Shown here: piece by piece, positions 23,312 to 37,391 of the stretch
Layout: every line of letters begins with the position of its first letter
Position numbering within the stretch: position 1 is the first letter of the stretch
Source of the DNA: Centroscyllium fabricii
Taxonomy: Eukaryota
Reading direction: 5' to 3'
Assembly: GCA_051313645.2 (NCBI GenBank)
Contig: JBNRSN020000007.1
Coordinates: forward strand, 98,518,001-98,582,000
DNA: 64,000 nucleotides
Position numbers and translations under genes: made by a program
The notes under the pieces: model-generated
What the model saw: the letters and a program-made list of their open reading frames with translations, nothing else
The model's database searches: none
What the model was told of the DNA's origin: nothing

Positions 23312-26300
23312 ACCAAAATCATGACTGATCGATAAACTATTCCCATCTCAGATAAATAGGGAATGAGTTGAATGGGTACTAGCAGGTGTACAGTATGCCA
23401 GCCAAGACTTCTATTGTCTCAAATCAGGCATGGAGCAGCCACCCTGACAGAAAGGAAGAATAACAGGTCAGTTTTGGCCTTATAGTGCAACAGCATAAGG
23501 ATTGCTGGGATGTTTAAAGGAAATGTTAAAATATTTTAACTAGGTTCATTAAAAAATATTTTCTACTCAACTAATTATGTTGAAGTGCATCTAAGTTTGT
23601 GATCCATTAACCATGAAAATAATCAGTAATGCCAATGGATTAATTGATTCTTGTAAAATAATCAATATTTATTCCTGTTCTCACATATTGCTTACCACGC
23701 ACCCTTTATTCTCTTTTCAAATAATTATTTTCTGCCCAGTTCACCCACTGTCCTGCACCACACATCAGTTTTCGTTGAGAGGATAGGGTGATAGTCTGTT
23801 CACAGACCTTCGAGAACTGCTCTCTCAGCCAGCTGTAAGGAAGTGGCAAGAATGCCTGGCGAATGAGTACTTCTGATATCTTCTCCTGCTCTTCCTCATG
23901 CACTGTTGAGCAGGTGCCTTGACTCTAACTGACAGCTCTGCACATTAGTGAAGCTGAGATCAGGCATTCAGCAGAGTGTATAGTTTAAACTTGTGCCCAA
24001 ACGTTGTAACATGATGCACTAGTCTGTGTTGAAGAAACACAGCTGTGGATGTGTAACTTTTTTTAAAAATTCAATTGTATCTGACTTGCTGCACACAATA
24101 AGAACAAAATAGATGTTGGTTTTCATTAAATATGAATTGGGTAACATCAGGAAACAAGAATTCATCATAACATAATCTGAAGAACTATATTACCAGTGCC
24201 TGAAAGACACACGTGTCCAATACCTAAATTGAAACAGTTCAGTTTGTAGCAACTGGGCATGCAATCGTTCCTAAATAGAGAGGATATTTTAATAGAGTCA
24301 TTCACAAAGAAAGCCGTTTATTTATCAAGCAATATCTAGAAATTGGATATTTGTACCCTGTAAGTAGAGATTCTGATTTTTTTTGCCACAGTTGTAAGTT
24401 TTGTGGGTGTTTATATTTTCATGAGCAAATTTTATTTTCCAGTTGTGAAACCAATTTAAATCAAAGTTAGAGTGATCAAAATGAAAACTGAATACTGGGA
24501 TGCATGATGTTGATTGAAGTCAAATTGAAAAGCCCACTGGAGGTTTTGCTAGTTACAGATAAATTTGAGCCCAATTCCACATTATACTACTTTCTGTGAT
24601 GATGCACTTTACTTTGAATACTTGTTGAGGTGCACCTATCACTGGCTTTCTGTACTGCTGCAATTACTTGAATTAAAGTCAAAGCCACACCAGGGTCGGG
24701 GACCTAATGGCATGAACATAAAAGCACTTCTGTTTAATAAGATAATACAGACAAGTAAGCTGTCTCCAATGAACTCCAAGGTGGATTCAAAACTACTGAA
24801 ATCGGTATTCACTTCTTCAGCTATATTGCAAAGACCACATTCCATTTTTGCCAATTAAACCAAAATTTTGAGCCAGACCCTAATAAACCTTTATTTTAGA
24901 ATAAGCTCATCAACTGAACCCCCTGGATTTAAATAAGGTTACATTTCATTGTACAGCAGAAATAAATAATCCAAGTCCAAACGAGTCATTATACTGTTTT
25001 CATGTTGATGTGAAGCACTTGGGATGTGCATTGCTGCAAAAGCAGCAGTGTAACTCAGGAGTCAGGTTGGTGATCTGATTCCCCAGCACATTAAAACCAA
25101 ACAGTGAGGTAGTCTCTCACTGCTTGGGCTTTACATCAGATGTAATGCAACAGCAACTCGGAACAAAACCAGATTTAAAACCTTAGCAGGCTGCCCACTG
25201 GATTCTGCTGCTTGTACGCTCCCAAAATGAAATTTTAGCCATCATGGCTCTGTTCATACATGCTGGATAGTGTTCCTTTGCCATGGCGCATTATATTCAG
25301 TGGGTATAACGACATCTTAAGTAATGGGTATTCATTTTGCCAGCTTTAAACACTCAGAAGTTCAATGTGTAGTTCTGCAGCATTCCATTCCATTAATATC
25401 CCAGTTGTATTACATGTTTGGCAATGGTGTAGTTAATTGACAACAGAAACATACCAAGTGTGCATTGTAAGGCTGCTGATTTTGTAGTTTGCAGTTGGTA
25501 GCAAGCTTATTTAAAAATAAGTGGTCTTGCATTGCTGGCACTGTACAACTGGTCCACAGACAGCTTTTTTTTAAATTTTAAGCTCTACCTTCTCTCTCAC
25601 TCAATAGGTGTGTGATAAGCAAACAACCAGTTATATTGCTTTATATCGTTGTTTGAAAACTCCATCTTAGGTGAGGTATAACTGGGCATAACTGAATAGT
25701 CTTATGTTATCTGTCATATATTAAAAATGCCGAATGGCTGCAACATGCCATTCATACCGCGTCTGTAGGTGATGCTGAGAGAGTTATGTTTTATGACTCA
25801 TTATGTACAGTGGTAACTAATGTTACGCAACAGCCCGACTGTACTTAGTGAACTTCCCCTGCCTGAACCCTAGGCAAATGTAGCTTGAGTGCTTAACTCC
25901 TCCACTCTCAGCTTGGTAGTGCCACTCACCCATATAATGCTGAAACTAATCTTCAATTAAAGCTGGATTTAATACAAATATCTAGTTACAAAGGATAATT
26001 GTTTAAGCGGGATTAAGGGCAATTTTTCTATTAAAAATTATAGGAATGAGAAAAATTGAAGTTTAATTTTTATTTGTGCATTTATATTGAGTTCATCCGT
26101 GAGCTTTCAAATTTACATAAACACAAACACTAAAGAACACATTGATCTTTCTGTTATCAGTACTAAGTGAAGGATGAAACCTGTTGTTCGAGAAATAAAA
26201 ACAGTCTGTTCTACAAATCACAGTTTTCTTGTAAATCAGATGATTTAAGATTGCGTTCTGCCCAATGAATGGCAAGCGCCTGCCTGTGCATGGTTTAATT

Positions 26301-28480
26301 CAGCTGAGAATATTTTTACTGGTTAGTGTCGAGGTGCAGTTGTAACAAGTCTGGATGATTCACAAATTGTGAAGTAGGAACAAATGCAAAAGATATAAAG
26401 TTAGCATAGAAACCTAAAATCTTAACGCTATTCATCTTAACACTTTAAGCCAGCTTCTGTTCAGCTGTCAGCTTCAGCAGCTGCCAAATTGGTCCCAGTT
26501 TGTGCCAGTGCTAAATACTTGCAGTCCTTTTTTCATATTGCCCAGTTTGTTAGGATTCTACCAACAGTGAAAACAATTTAAACATCAGCTTGGCTCACTG
26601 GTAGCACTCTCACTTTTAAGTTAGAAAATGTGGGTTCAAGTCCCACTCCAAGACGTGACCACATAATCTATGAGCACATTTCAATGCAGTACTGAGGAGT
26701 GCTGAGTACTGCTGCCAGTCAAATGAGATATTGAACTGAGGCTACATGAGGTGGATGTAGACGATACCATGGCACTATTTGACAAAGAGTAGGAGAGTTC
26801 TGCAGGTGTCCTGGCCAATATTTATCCCTCAATCAACATCACTAAAACAGATTAACTCGTCATTTATCTCAATTGCTGTTTGTGGGACCTTGCCATGTCT
26901 TCATAACAACAGTGACTACATTTTAAAAATAATTAATAGACTTTGAAATGCTTTGGGACATTAAAAGAATTACATAAATGTAAATTTGTTCTTCGTTACT
27001 TAAGCCCTTTGATGTTCAGGTTTATTCTGGTTAGTGAATTCTGATCAAAAAATCAAGTGAAATCAGCTACAAACAAATCTTTGCTTTTTCAGATCAAAAT
27101 TTTAACAAAATTTGCATATCAGAAAATGTTGGTTTAATAAGCCAAGCAACTTTGGAAGTAACATACAATACTGTCAGTAAGTAATAAACACACATGCATT
27201 TACAAAACATATTGTTAAAAAGAGTTGAGATGCACCATTAACTGCATCCTCAGTGCCTCTTTTCTCATCCCCAGTCTGTTATCCATGGAACTTAATTCAA
27301 CCATCTATACATGATGCAGGAAACTGAAAATGTACCCTGCATTAATATTACACCAAACAAGAAACGGGATTGTGTGCAGCACACCAGAACTGCTCTGTGC
27401 CGAAATTGACATTTCCAAACTATATTGGGTATAACCTTAAATTTGAAATTAATATATCAAAGGTAATTATCAGAGTTAATCAGTTACTCAAAATCAGCAG
27501 GTTTGTCCAAATTGAAAAACAATTGCATTAGTCAACACAATACAGCAGCCAAGATGGTGCCTTTTTTCAATCTAATACAAACTTTATAAAGATCACTGTT
27601 GACAAATAGAAAATGTTGTGAAGGCTCAGTCCACCAATCAGTACCTGAAAGAGAAAAGGCTAGGTTAATGTTTCGGGGATGAAGGGTTACATCTAAAACA
27701 TTAACTGTTAACAGATCCTTTGCTCTCTCTGCTTCTGATTAAGTTGCTACACAATTCCAGCATTTTTCTGTGTTTGTTCAGCGTTGGCAAATTCCTATTT
27801 ATTTCTACTGCAGGCAATCAGTTGACCATTTTGAATGAAGAAGATTACCTCTCCCACTACCAGTGCTGATATAGGTTGATTCTAAATCTGTATGGTTACT
27901 CAGTTTTATTGTAATTTGACCAAGTGTTTGTTGCCATCTGGGTGCTCAAGGTCTGCTGCAATCTCAATTTATATCCCAGCATTCCTTAAAAGAAATGGCA
28001 CTTCTGTTCAGTAAAGCAAGTAACTCAACCATGTAGAGATCAAATTCTGCTAGTTAACTGGGTATGTTTTTATTGCAAAATCTCCAGTGAGGTAGCTGAA
28101 TTTCGGTGCTGCAACTCTGCAATGAATCTGTTGCAATGTATAGATAAAAGTATTTACCTGTTGAAAACTGCTGCAGTTACCTAAAATAAACTTCTAACAA
28201 ACCAGATCAGGCTACACCTTCATGTACAAATCCTTCTCGGAAGTTTATAAGACTGTTCTATGTATATTTTGTATAGTGTTTGATATTGCTAAAAGGAGTT
28301 GGAACCCTGTTGGTTAACTCTTAGTTTATATAAAGATGTCTGCATTGTTTTGCTGGAAAACTAAACCAGTCATTGATGGTTTTTTGAATTCTTCATGTTT
28401 ATACATTTGTTGTTTATATACACCAGAGTTTTTTTTGTTGAAAAAGTAAATTATTTAGTTGCCAACATATTTCATTTTAA
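23312..28480 (+). other. BCORL1: Probable long BCORL1 3' UTR (end uncertain)
   Basis: AT-rich and TE-poor relative to flanks; AATAAA at ~24882, 24961, 27183, 28185; AGTAAA ~28445 with a downstream GU-rich tract. Confidence 0.4.
26588..26993 (+). mobile_element. Deu-domain tRNA SINE (SacSINE1-like)
   Basis: TGGCTCA.TGGTAGCAC (A box), GGTTCAAGTCC (B box); colinear with 7606-8019. Confidence 0.75.
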
Positions 28481-31400
28481 AGATTTAACAAATGTATTGT
28501 GTTGGTAATATAAGCAATGAGGAGATAGGTGAAAGTCTGTAGATTGGACTTTTTCAGATTTATTTCTAAGGAGCACATAGAGAGAAGACCTTCCTGTTTT
28601 GTTTACAAGAACTAAGTTGGATTCTAGAATGAATCACACATCACATTTATACAGTTATCTGAAATCAACTCCCATTAAACTTACTTGGATTCTTACCTTT
28701 TGGTTCAGAGTTGCATTTACTGCAAATACACTAACTTCTGCACTCTTCTGTTCGAGAATGCATTTGTTTATGATTACATGTTCTATTTATTCCTTATAAT
28801 AAGGTTCTTGAAATGTTCAGGTCAAGCACCTTCATAGATCATTGATTTAGGAAGTATATAGTACATGCAATAGTACTTAAGCACACACTTACTGACAACT
28901 ACATCGGGGGCTGATGATTGGGGACTCAAATGTGTTACAGTTCTGAGCTTAGTATTCAGGTTGATTGAACTGTTGAATCCAAATTCCTATTCCAATTAGC
29001 TATTTTTTATACCTTTCTCTTATCCCTGTTGTGACTATCAGCATGTCTCTACATCACATGGTTATGCCAAAAGTTAAAAACAACTTCATATAAGGTGAAA
29101 CTAATTAAGAAACCTCATCAATAGTTCAGTCAACAAGATGGAGTAATTTTAATCTAATCTGCCCGGATTGACTTCAGTGGAGCACAAAATCGGGTGGGGT
29201 GTAAAATGGGTGTCTGACCTGAACCCACCCCATTCCTGTTGGGCAGGTTAGGTTAAAGTTATCTCTGCTGAATCCCTCACGAACAACAAGCTCCTTTGCC
29301 GTTGAGCTAACAAGATGAGTATATCTCTTTATTGTTGTTAGCTTATCACACATTTCTTTCCTGTTATATTTAATTGTTGTTCGACCATGTGAATCTGTTC
29401 TTGTCTTTGATTCTGTATCCCCCTCAGCACCAGCCTGGTCCTTCCATCCTACATAAATTTTAATTAAAAAGATAATGTTTTAACAGATGTTTTTCTTCTG
29501 CAGGACTAACTGGTGTCCTTGCAACTGTATGAGTGATTACAGTTGCCTGAAGCTTGGTAATCTACACACGGGCATGTCTTTATCCCATTAAGATACATTC
29601 TCTATTCGGTGACTACTTCACACAAGCATATTAAAACTGCCGATGCTGTAAGGGTCAATCCAGTTCAAATGTTCAGTGGTCGCCATCTTAGAATTGCAGT
29701 GTAGCTGTACAATTGCAGCATCAATTGGTTATTTTAAGACATTATAATTAAGACTCATACTTAACAAAGGTTAAAAATCAAATTACTTCAAGTCCGCAGC
29801 AGGATTCTGCTGCTGCTCTGATTAGCCCTTACCTTACACTTTCCCCTCCATACACCCTTACTGTTGAAATCCAGATTTATCAGTCAGTCATCTAATGTTA
29901 TTTTTCCCAGGGCCTCAAATCTGAATCATCTTATAGCCTTGAATCTTTCTTTCCACGTACAGTTTTTGGCCTATTAGGTATCACCTATTTTTTATATCCT
30001 GAGGTACCTCATTTTTAGTTTTACTTTTAAACTATGATACTTGTCCTTCACCTTGGTATTTCAGTTAGAACAATAAAAGATAATTGGGCTAAGTTTTGAC
30101 TAATGATACAACAGAGCTAATTCTGAATTAGATGTTACACTGTGAATGAAAACAAAAATCGTGGAGCTGATTTTCCTGAGTTCGCCCCCGCTGGGAGTAT
30201 CCATTTCCCCGTCAAAGGACAGGCAGGAAAGAGTGATGGAGGCCCATTATGCTGGGTTTCCACCCTTCTTATTGTGGCCCAAGATTTCTAGGGCTTTCCT
30301 GCAGGCTGGGGTCTGCACCAGCATTGGGCCCAATCCCGTCAGACCAATGCAGATGAGGCGGGAAGATGTGCCCGAAAAAGCTGCCATTGGGCCTGTGCCA
30401 GGAATCCTTAGGCCCTGCAGTCTGGCAGCATAGGTAAGGTTTTTTTTCTTACCCAGCTGACTCTGGTCTTGGGGCCTTCCGGCTGGTACCGTCTCTAGCT
30501 AGAGTACCCTGAAGGTGGCGAGTAGGAATGCAGCAGCAGTCAAATTCTCCCCTCCCTCCCTCTCTTGCTGGTGCTAGGCCCTGTTAGGGACAGGAAAAAT
30601 CAACACTGCTTGGCCTGGGCAGGCTTGATGCGCTTCAGGTGTGCTGCTTCTCACCAAAATAACTTACAAGATTAATGTTAATGTTTTGCCTTTTTCTACC
30701 TTTAGCCTAGGTACTTTGGCTTCTGTATTTAAAAAAAAAACTTTTTGTGAATTGTTTCAACTATTGGCTTTATCCTGTGTTTTCATAGAAATCTTTTGCC
30801 ATCTTTGAACAGCAGCAGTGCATCACATCAGACCGCATTGTAGACTTAAAAGAACAAGCAAATTTAGTGAATAAAAGATGAACAAGTGAATATATAATAT
30901 AACTCACATTTGTAGTAGATTTTCTGCTAATCAGCTCCTCGAATAAAAACATTAAGTGGTCAGAATCTATATAGTAAGCTGTTGGCCAGAATTTTCACCT
31001 TTGCGTCGGGTTGGTTTGCTCAGAGCAACATTTACTTTATGGCCCCAATTGAAAAAGTCATGCACGTTTCCCAGCCCTATTAAATGGTGCCGGTCTGATG
31101 ACGTCATCGATGACTTGTTTCCAGCATCTATATTTAAAGCAGCCTTGTACTCAACTTTCCTGAAGGTTACCAGAGGAGAGTGGAAGGTGACAAAGAAAGG
31201 CCACAGTAGTGTTATAACTTTGGAAGGATGGATAGCCAAAGGCAGAGGGCGGCACCACATTTCTCTGATTCATCGCTGCATACTCTGGTGGAGGCTATCA
31301 GAGGTCATCTTCCCTGCTGACAGGCAAAGGAGACCTCCACAAGAAACAAAAAAACATGGCTGGATATAGCTGAGGAGTTCACTAGCAGGGATGTGGTGAG

Positions 31401-32502
31401 GAGGACCTGTATACAGTGCAGGAAGCGCTTCAATTATCTCATGAGGTCAGGAAAGGTGAGTGCAATGCCACACTCACCCTCATGCTGAAGTGCCTGTCAA
31501 CACATCCTCATCACTGCCTTCCCAAGCCTACTCCTGCACATCATTCCTCACACCAACCTACCTTGCAGGTCCACTATCCCTCTCTTGGAAATACATCCAT
31601 CCCCACCTGACAAACCACCCTTCACATTCGCCCTCATCCTAATGCAATCATAGCAAGTAACACCACAGAAGGAGGCCATTGGCACTGGCACCCCACTCCC
31701 TCATAGTCACCCTCTACAGACGTAACATTCATTCCTTACACTCATTCCATCACTCTCACTCAAATTTCTCTTTCCCTCCTTGCAGAAGAGAGCCCACAAC
31801 ACCAAGGAGAGGGAGATAACTGGAGGTGGCCCTCCAATAATTGCACATCTTACAGCAGCAGAGGAGGCAGCTCCAGAAATTTTCGGGAGCTCAAGAGATG
31901 CTGGCGGTGGGAGATGGAGAGAGGGGCACATCCCAGCAACCTGGTGACAGAATCACATCTCAAAGCCACAGGCATACAACAATCACCCATATGGTGACTG
32001 ATGCCAGCAGCCATCATGTGCATAATGGTAATGTTACCCATTATTATAACAGTTCTAATTCATCTCTTTACCCCGCCACAGGTTCATCAACTGCCCCCCC
32101 CCCCCCCACACTGTCCAGCCAGAGGAAAAAGGTGATGACTCGGGAAGCTCCAGCCTCTGAGGGTACAGCGTCAGCAGACCCAAACGCACCCAGCACCAGT
32201 GCAGATACACCTCAGTGTATCCTTTGTGCCATAGAGTTGTCACCAAGTATCTTACAATTGAGCAAGAGCATGTGGTGTTGACAGGGACAGCAGTGGAGAC
32301 TCCTCGCTGGAGGGCACAGGATCTGCTGAGCTGCATGCAGATGCTGAGCCTTGGGGGCCATCCAGAAACAGGGTGATCTTGGAGGGGCAGCAACAATTGC
32401 ATGAGGCTCTGGCATCTTTGCAGCCGCGATGTCAGCAAATGTTCAGAGAATGGAGGAGTCCATCTCCAACATGAGCACCATCATGTCACAGGTGATGGCG
32501 AC

Positions 32503-33104
32503 ATAGAAACATCGAAACTAGGAGCAGGAGTAGGCCATTCGGCCCTTCGAGCCTGCTCCGCCATTCAATGAGATCATGGCTGATCATCCAAACCCTTGTA
32601 CCCTGTCCCCACATTCCTCGATCCCTGTCGAGCCTGCACCGACACATATCCCACCCTATAAATTGACCCTTAGTGTTAGGGGGATTGAATATTTGGGGTT
32701 ACGGGGATAAGGTGGGATATGTGTCAGTGCAGCCTCGATAGGGATCGAGGGATATGGGGAGAGGGCAGGGGCGGGGTAGTGGGTTTGGATGATCAGCCAT
32801 GATCTCATTGAATGGCGGAGCAGGCTCGAAGGGCCGAATGGCCTACTCCTGCTCCTAGTTTCTATGTTTCTATCCCTGTAACCCCACATAGTCAATCCCC
32901 CTAACACTAAGGGTCAATTTATCTTGGCCAATCAACCTAACCCGTACATCTTTGGACTGTGGGAGGAAACCAGAGCACCCGAAGGAAACCCACGCAGACA
33001 CGGGGAGAATGTGCAAACTCCACACAGATAGTACCCGAGGCTGGATTTGAACCCGGGTCTCTAGTGCTGTAAGGCAACAGTGCTAACCACTATGCCACCG
33101 TGCC
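32503..33104 (-). mobile_element. V-SINE (HE1-like, CR1-derived tail) containing an inverted partial copy of itself
   Basis: tRNA head at 33104; V-domain GTGTGGAGTTTGCACATTCTCCCCGTGTCTGCGTGGG; TSD GCGAC (32498-32502, 33105-33109); + copy at ~32658-32873. Confidence 0.8.
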
Positions 33105-33514
33105 GCGACGATGTGCTCTTCCATGGAAAGGATGGCCAACTGCATAGAACAGTGAATGCGCCACTCACGTGAGCACATGCGAGCTGTGGACAAAAGATGG
33201 CAGGTGCTCATAGACCTCTTAAGGAGGGGTGTAAATGTTGACTTGGGCGTTCATCACCCCACTGCTGTGCAGCAAGGTGCTCGCCAGCTCCTCACTAGCA
33301 GGGAAGTGTGGGTGGCCCATGAGAGAAAGAAAAAGACTTGCATTTATATAGCGCCTTTCATGACCGCCTTTCACGACCATCAGACATCCCAAAGCGCTTT
33401 ACAGCCAATGAAGTACTTTTTGAAGTGCAGTCACTGCTGTAATGTGGGAAATGCGGCAGCCAGTTTGCACACAGCAAGCTCCCACAAACAGCAATGTGAT
33501 AATGACCAGATATT

Positions 33515-34576
33515 GGCCCAGAGATTCGGGTTGAAGGCTTCCCGCGTGTGTAAGCCTCCAATCTGCACTTGCCTTGCGCGCCGGCCGTTGAGCTGTGGGC
33601 CCGCGTGGAATTGCGATCCTGGGCCTCCTCCAACTGCCGGTGTGCTGTGCTTGCGTATCCCAGTGGCGCAGTTAGTGTGATGTGTTCTCTGCGATCATGT
33701 GGGCCATGGAGAGCCAATCGGAGCAGAGAATGCTCCATTCATAAGTTTGACAGGAAGAGCTGTCAAAACTATGAAAACTACAAGCCCCAAAACATCAGTG
33801 AAACTTCAAATAATTTTTTTTTAAATCCCATTTGTAAAATAACGATAAATTACATGAAATAACTATTTTAAACAATTTAAATTTTTGAAAAAATTAATTA
33901 TTTTTCCTAACGGGGCTAAAAATGACCACCTTTCTTTAAAGTATTTAAAAATAATAAACCTGTGGAAAAAATGTTTTAACTTGAATTAAACGGTGGCATA
34001 GTGGCATAATGCCTCACAGCACTAGAGACCCGGGATCAAATCCAGCCTCGAGTACTATCTGTGTGGAGTTTGCACATTCTCCCCGTGTCTGTGTGGGTTT
34101 CCTCTGGGTGCTCCGGTTTCCTCCCACAGTCTAAAGATGTGCGGGTTAGGTTGATTGGCCAGGATAAATTGACCCTTAGTGTTGGGGGGATTAAATATGT
34201 AGGGTTACGGGGATAGGGTGGGATATGTGTCGGTGCAGGCTCGATGGGCTGAAATGGCCTCTATCTGCACTGTAGGGATTCTATGTTCTATGTTTCTAAT
34301 TCAGTACTTACCTTGTTAAAAGCAGGCTTTCTGGCTGCTTTTTTTGTGTCTTAACTTTTTCCTCACTTACCCGGACAGAAAAACCTGAAAAAAAAGCATA
34401 AGTGCAATGCGCACGCGCTGCCACCCCCGTGCTTCACCTCGTAACCCCTTAGCTTGGGGAGCGGAAGTCCCGGTTTCCCATGCATGTGCAGTGCATGCAG
34501 GAAACCGGCACTTTCGAATGGCCTACACGTGAGTACCCCGTCCGTATTCACGCGTTCATAGCCAGATTTCTGGGCC
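33515..34576. mobile_element. Harbinger MITE
   Basis: GGCCCAGAGATT ... GATTTCTGGGCC; flanks ATT/AAT. Confidence 0.75.
33991..34298 (+). mobile_element. V-SINE (HE1-like)
   Basis: tRNA head, V-domain, (TTCTATG)n tail. Confidence 0.85.
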
Positions 34577-34951
34577 AATCTGTTTTAGTGATGTTGATTG
34601 AGGGATAAATATTGGCCAGGACACCAGGGATAGCCCCTGCCATGGGATATTTTACGTCAACCTGAGAGAGCAGATGGGGACTTGGTTTAACGTCTCATTT
34701 GATGGGCAGCACCTCCAACAGTGCAATACTCTCTCAGTAGTGCACTGGAGTGTCAGCCTAGATTTGTGTGCTCAAGTCTCTGGAGCGGGACTTGAACCCA
34801 CAACCTTCTGACTAAGAGGCGAACTGAGCCACAGCTGGCAGTAAAAGAGGGATGCTGGCTCCCACTTCTCCCCCGTTGCCACCCCCTCAGTCAGAGCCCC
34901 ACATGCTTCCTCGGGTCCTAGTATGGTTGTTGAGGATGAAAGAGTGGGGCT

Positions 34952-35522
34952 ACCTGGAAAAAAATGGTAGTAAGCTGATTTTTGTACCAGATGATTAGTA
35001 TATATCATAGAACAACATATCCAAAATCTGCCAAATTCCGCTCTGGGGAAAAATTTTAATGAGCGTTGGAATATTTTGCATATTTTTGTATCGAAAATGT
35101 CAAAGGTAAGATTTTTATTTGACTTTGGGGGTTAATTCACCTTCATTAAAGAAAATACAAAGACTTAGTAGTTAAAAATTATTTTAAAAAATGGCGGGGG
35201 CGATGACTGGAACCTAAATACAATTCATAAAAGCCCCAAAAATGCATTTTACGCATGAAATACCATAACTACAACGGATCTAAAACCACCATATCTTTTC
35301 GACCCAGAGTAAATTATAGAAGAATTAGAAGAATTTATAGTGATTTAGATAAGTACAAAATTAAATTATTTGACCCCTACACCTTTTCAAAGGCACTAAA
35401 AATCTCATCTTGGATAATATTTTTTCCCCAAAGAAGATTTTAGCGGATTTTGGATATGTTGTTTTATGGCACATTCTGCTCATCTGGTGCAAAAATCAGC
35501 TTACTACCATTTTTTTCCCGGT
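34952..35522. mobile_element. Unclassified AT-rich DNA element with ~90-100 bp imperfect TIRs
   Basis: GGAAAAAAATGGTAGTAAGCTGATTTTTGYACCAGATGA...ACAACATATCCAAAATC at both ends in inverted orientation; no clear TSD. Confidence 0.7.
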
Positions 35523-36040
35523 CAAAATGCGCAACGACCATGCTATCCTGATGGCCGAGTCTAGCCCTGCACAATGGCAGGAAGAGCAGAATTTGGCGGC
35601 GCCATCACAGGCTCCAAAACCCAGAGGACGTCCGCCAAAAGTGTCTACGCAGTCGCAGCAGGGAAATGAGCAGCCTGCAACAACCTCTGCTGAAGCCACA
35701 GGGGTTACACCTCACAGAAGCACTCCCAAAAGAAAAAGGACACAAAAGTAAATGCACAAGTATATGCACATGGTTGTATCAAAAAATGATTGTGCTAGGT
35801 TTCAGTTTTGATTGCACACATAAATGTTTTACTTTGCACCACTTTCAGGTCCTGTCGATTTTTGCCTTAAATCTTGGAAGTAGCGTTGTCACTTGGGAGT
35901 AAATGGTGACACATTATTTAACCTCGAGTATTGGGGCTTTGGGTGAGAGGAATGGCGTGGTCATTGTAGGGATGCTTTATGGTACTGTTGACGGCAGGGT
36001 GCGGGGGAGGTGGTGGAACTTAGTACAGCATGTGGATGCA

Positions 36041-37192
36041 TTAGAGCAAGTTAAATAAATCTGGCCATGATGAGGCCATCCTGGGCAGCAATGTGTGCCA
36101 CTGATGGTGCCATCTGCATCTAAGGTTCCTCCTTTTCCTCCTCCTCCTCTGAAGAGGCTCTGCGCCATGCTCCTGCAGCTCCAATCCTCGCTGCTGCACT
36201 ATGTTGTGAAGTGCGCCGCAGATGCCGATTCTGGAGACCCTGGCTGGTGCATGCTGAAGGACGTCTCCAGATCTGTCGAGGCATCTGAAGCACATCTTCA
36301 GCATGCCTATTGTTTGCTCTATGACTCATCTGGTGAAAATGTGGCGCTCATTATAATGCTCCTCAGCCTTGATACTTGGCATCCTCAGAGGTGTTATTAG
36401 CCATGTCTTCAGTGGATAGCCCTTGTCTACAAGCAGCCAGCTGGTAAGTCTGTTTGGAGGTGTGAAGAGCTGAGGGAGGGTGGATTGATGAAGGACGAAA
36501 GAGTCATGACAGCTGCCAGAGAACCTGGTACACCACATGCATAATTATCTTATGGTTGCAGGCAAGCTGCACATTGCGGCAGTGGAAGCCTTTGTGATTC
36601 ACAAACACACCTGGGTGATGATGGGGTGGCCACATGTGTGCAGTCGATGACACCCTGCACCTGCGGGAACTCAGCCAGAGCGGCAAAGCCAAGCACCTGC
36701 TCAGTAACACTGGCTTCATCAGTGGCAAAGTTGATATAATTGGCTGACTTGTGAAACATGGCATCGGTCACCTGGATGATGCATCTGTGGGCGGGCAACT
36801 GGGAGATCCCGCAGATGTCTGCTGCAGATCCCTGGAAGGAGCCTGAGGTGAAGAAGTTGAGGGCAGTGGTGACTGACAGCCACTGGTAAGAACTGTCCAC
36901 CAGGACTTCTGGGCAACAGGTCTTGTTCCAGCAAGCTACAAATGTCTGTGAAGACTTGGAATGATAGCCTGAACCTGCTGAAGCACTGCTGCTCAGTCAT
37001 GTTGAGGAAGCTCATCCTTTGCTTGTATTCCCAGTGTTGGGAGTATCACCTCCGGTGCAGCCCTGTACTTGCCCTCTCCTGTGCAGCATCAGGTCGTTGA
37101 GGAGATGGCTGGTATTGTGGTTGCTGTTGGTGGTGGTGCTTATCTTGGTCCGATTCTGAGGACCAAGTTGAGACAGTATAAGCGGCGCCCAT
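36041..37192 (-). pseudogene. Harbinger transposase, disrupted
   Basis: [43 protein letters not shown] spread over several frames. Confidence 0.85.
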
Positions 37193-37391
37193 GCTGATGT
37201 TGTAGATGGCAGGTCAAGTAGCGATAAGAGGGCCAATCGCTCAGTATTCTAATACTGATTGGAATGTGCTTAGAGTTGGTTCTGAGGTTGCAGATTTGAC
37301 CTGCAAACTCCAGAAACCTAAATCTGTGCACAAAATGGAATCAGCAACAGCCTTCCCCTTCAGCAGCTGTAAGCTGTGTGTATTTATGTGG

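Larger units (their letters stand above)
33325..34832 (-). mobile_element. SacSINE1-like Deu SINE split by a MITE
   Basis: Tail ACTTGCATTTATATAGCGCC at ~33336; head GGGACTTGAACCC at ~34790. Confidence 0.75.

Noticed and set aside
27590-27790. Novel structured RNA in the 3' UTR
   Set aside because: Resembles a decayed inverted Penelope-type terminal repeat like 60410-60540
33991-34060. tRNA genes here and at ~7610, ~26590, ~33050
   Set aside because: A/B boxes continue into SINE cores; no full cloverleaf
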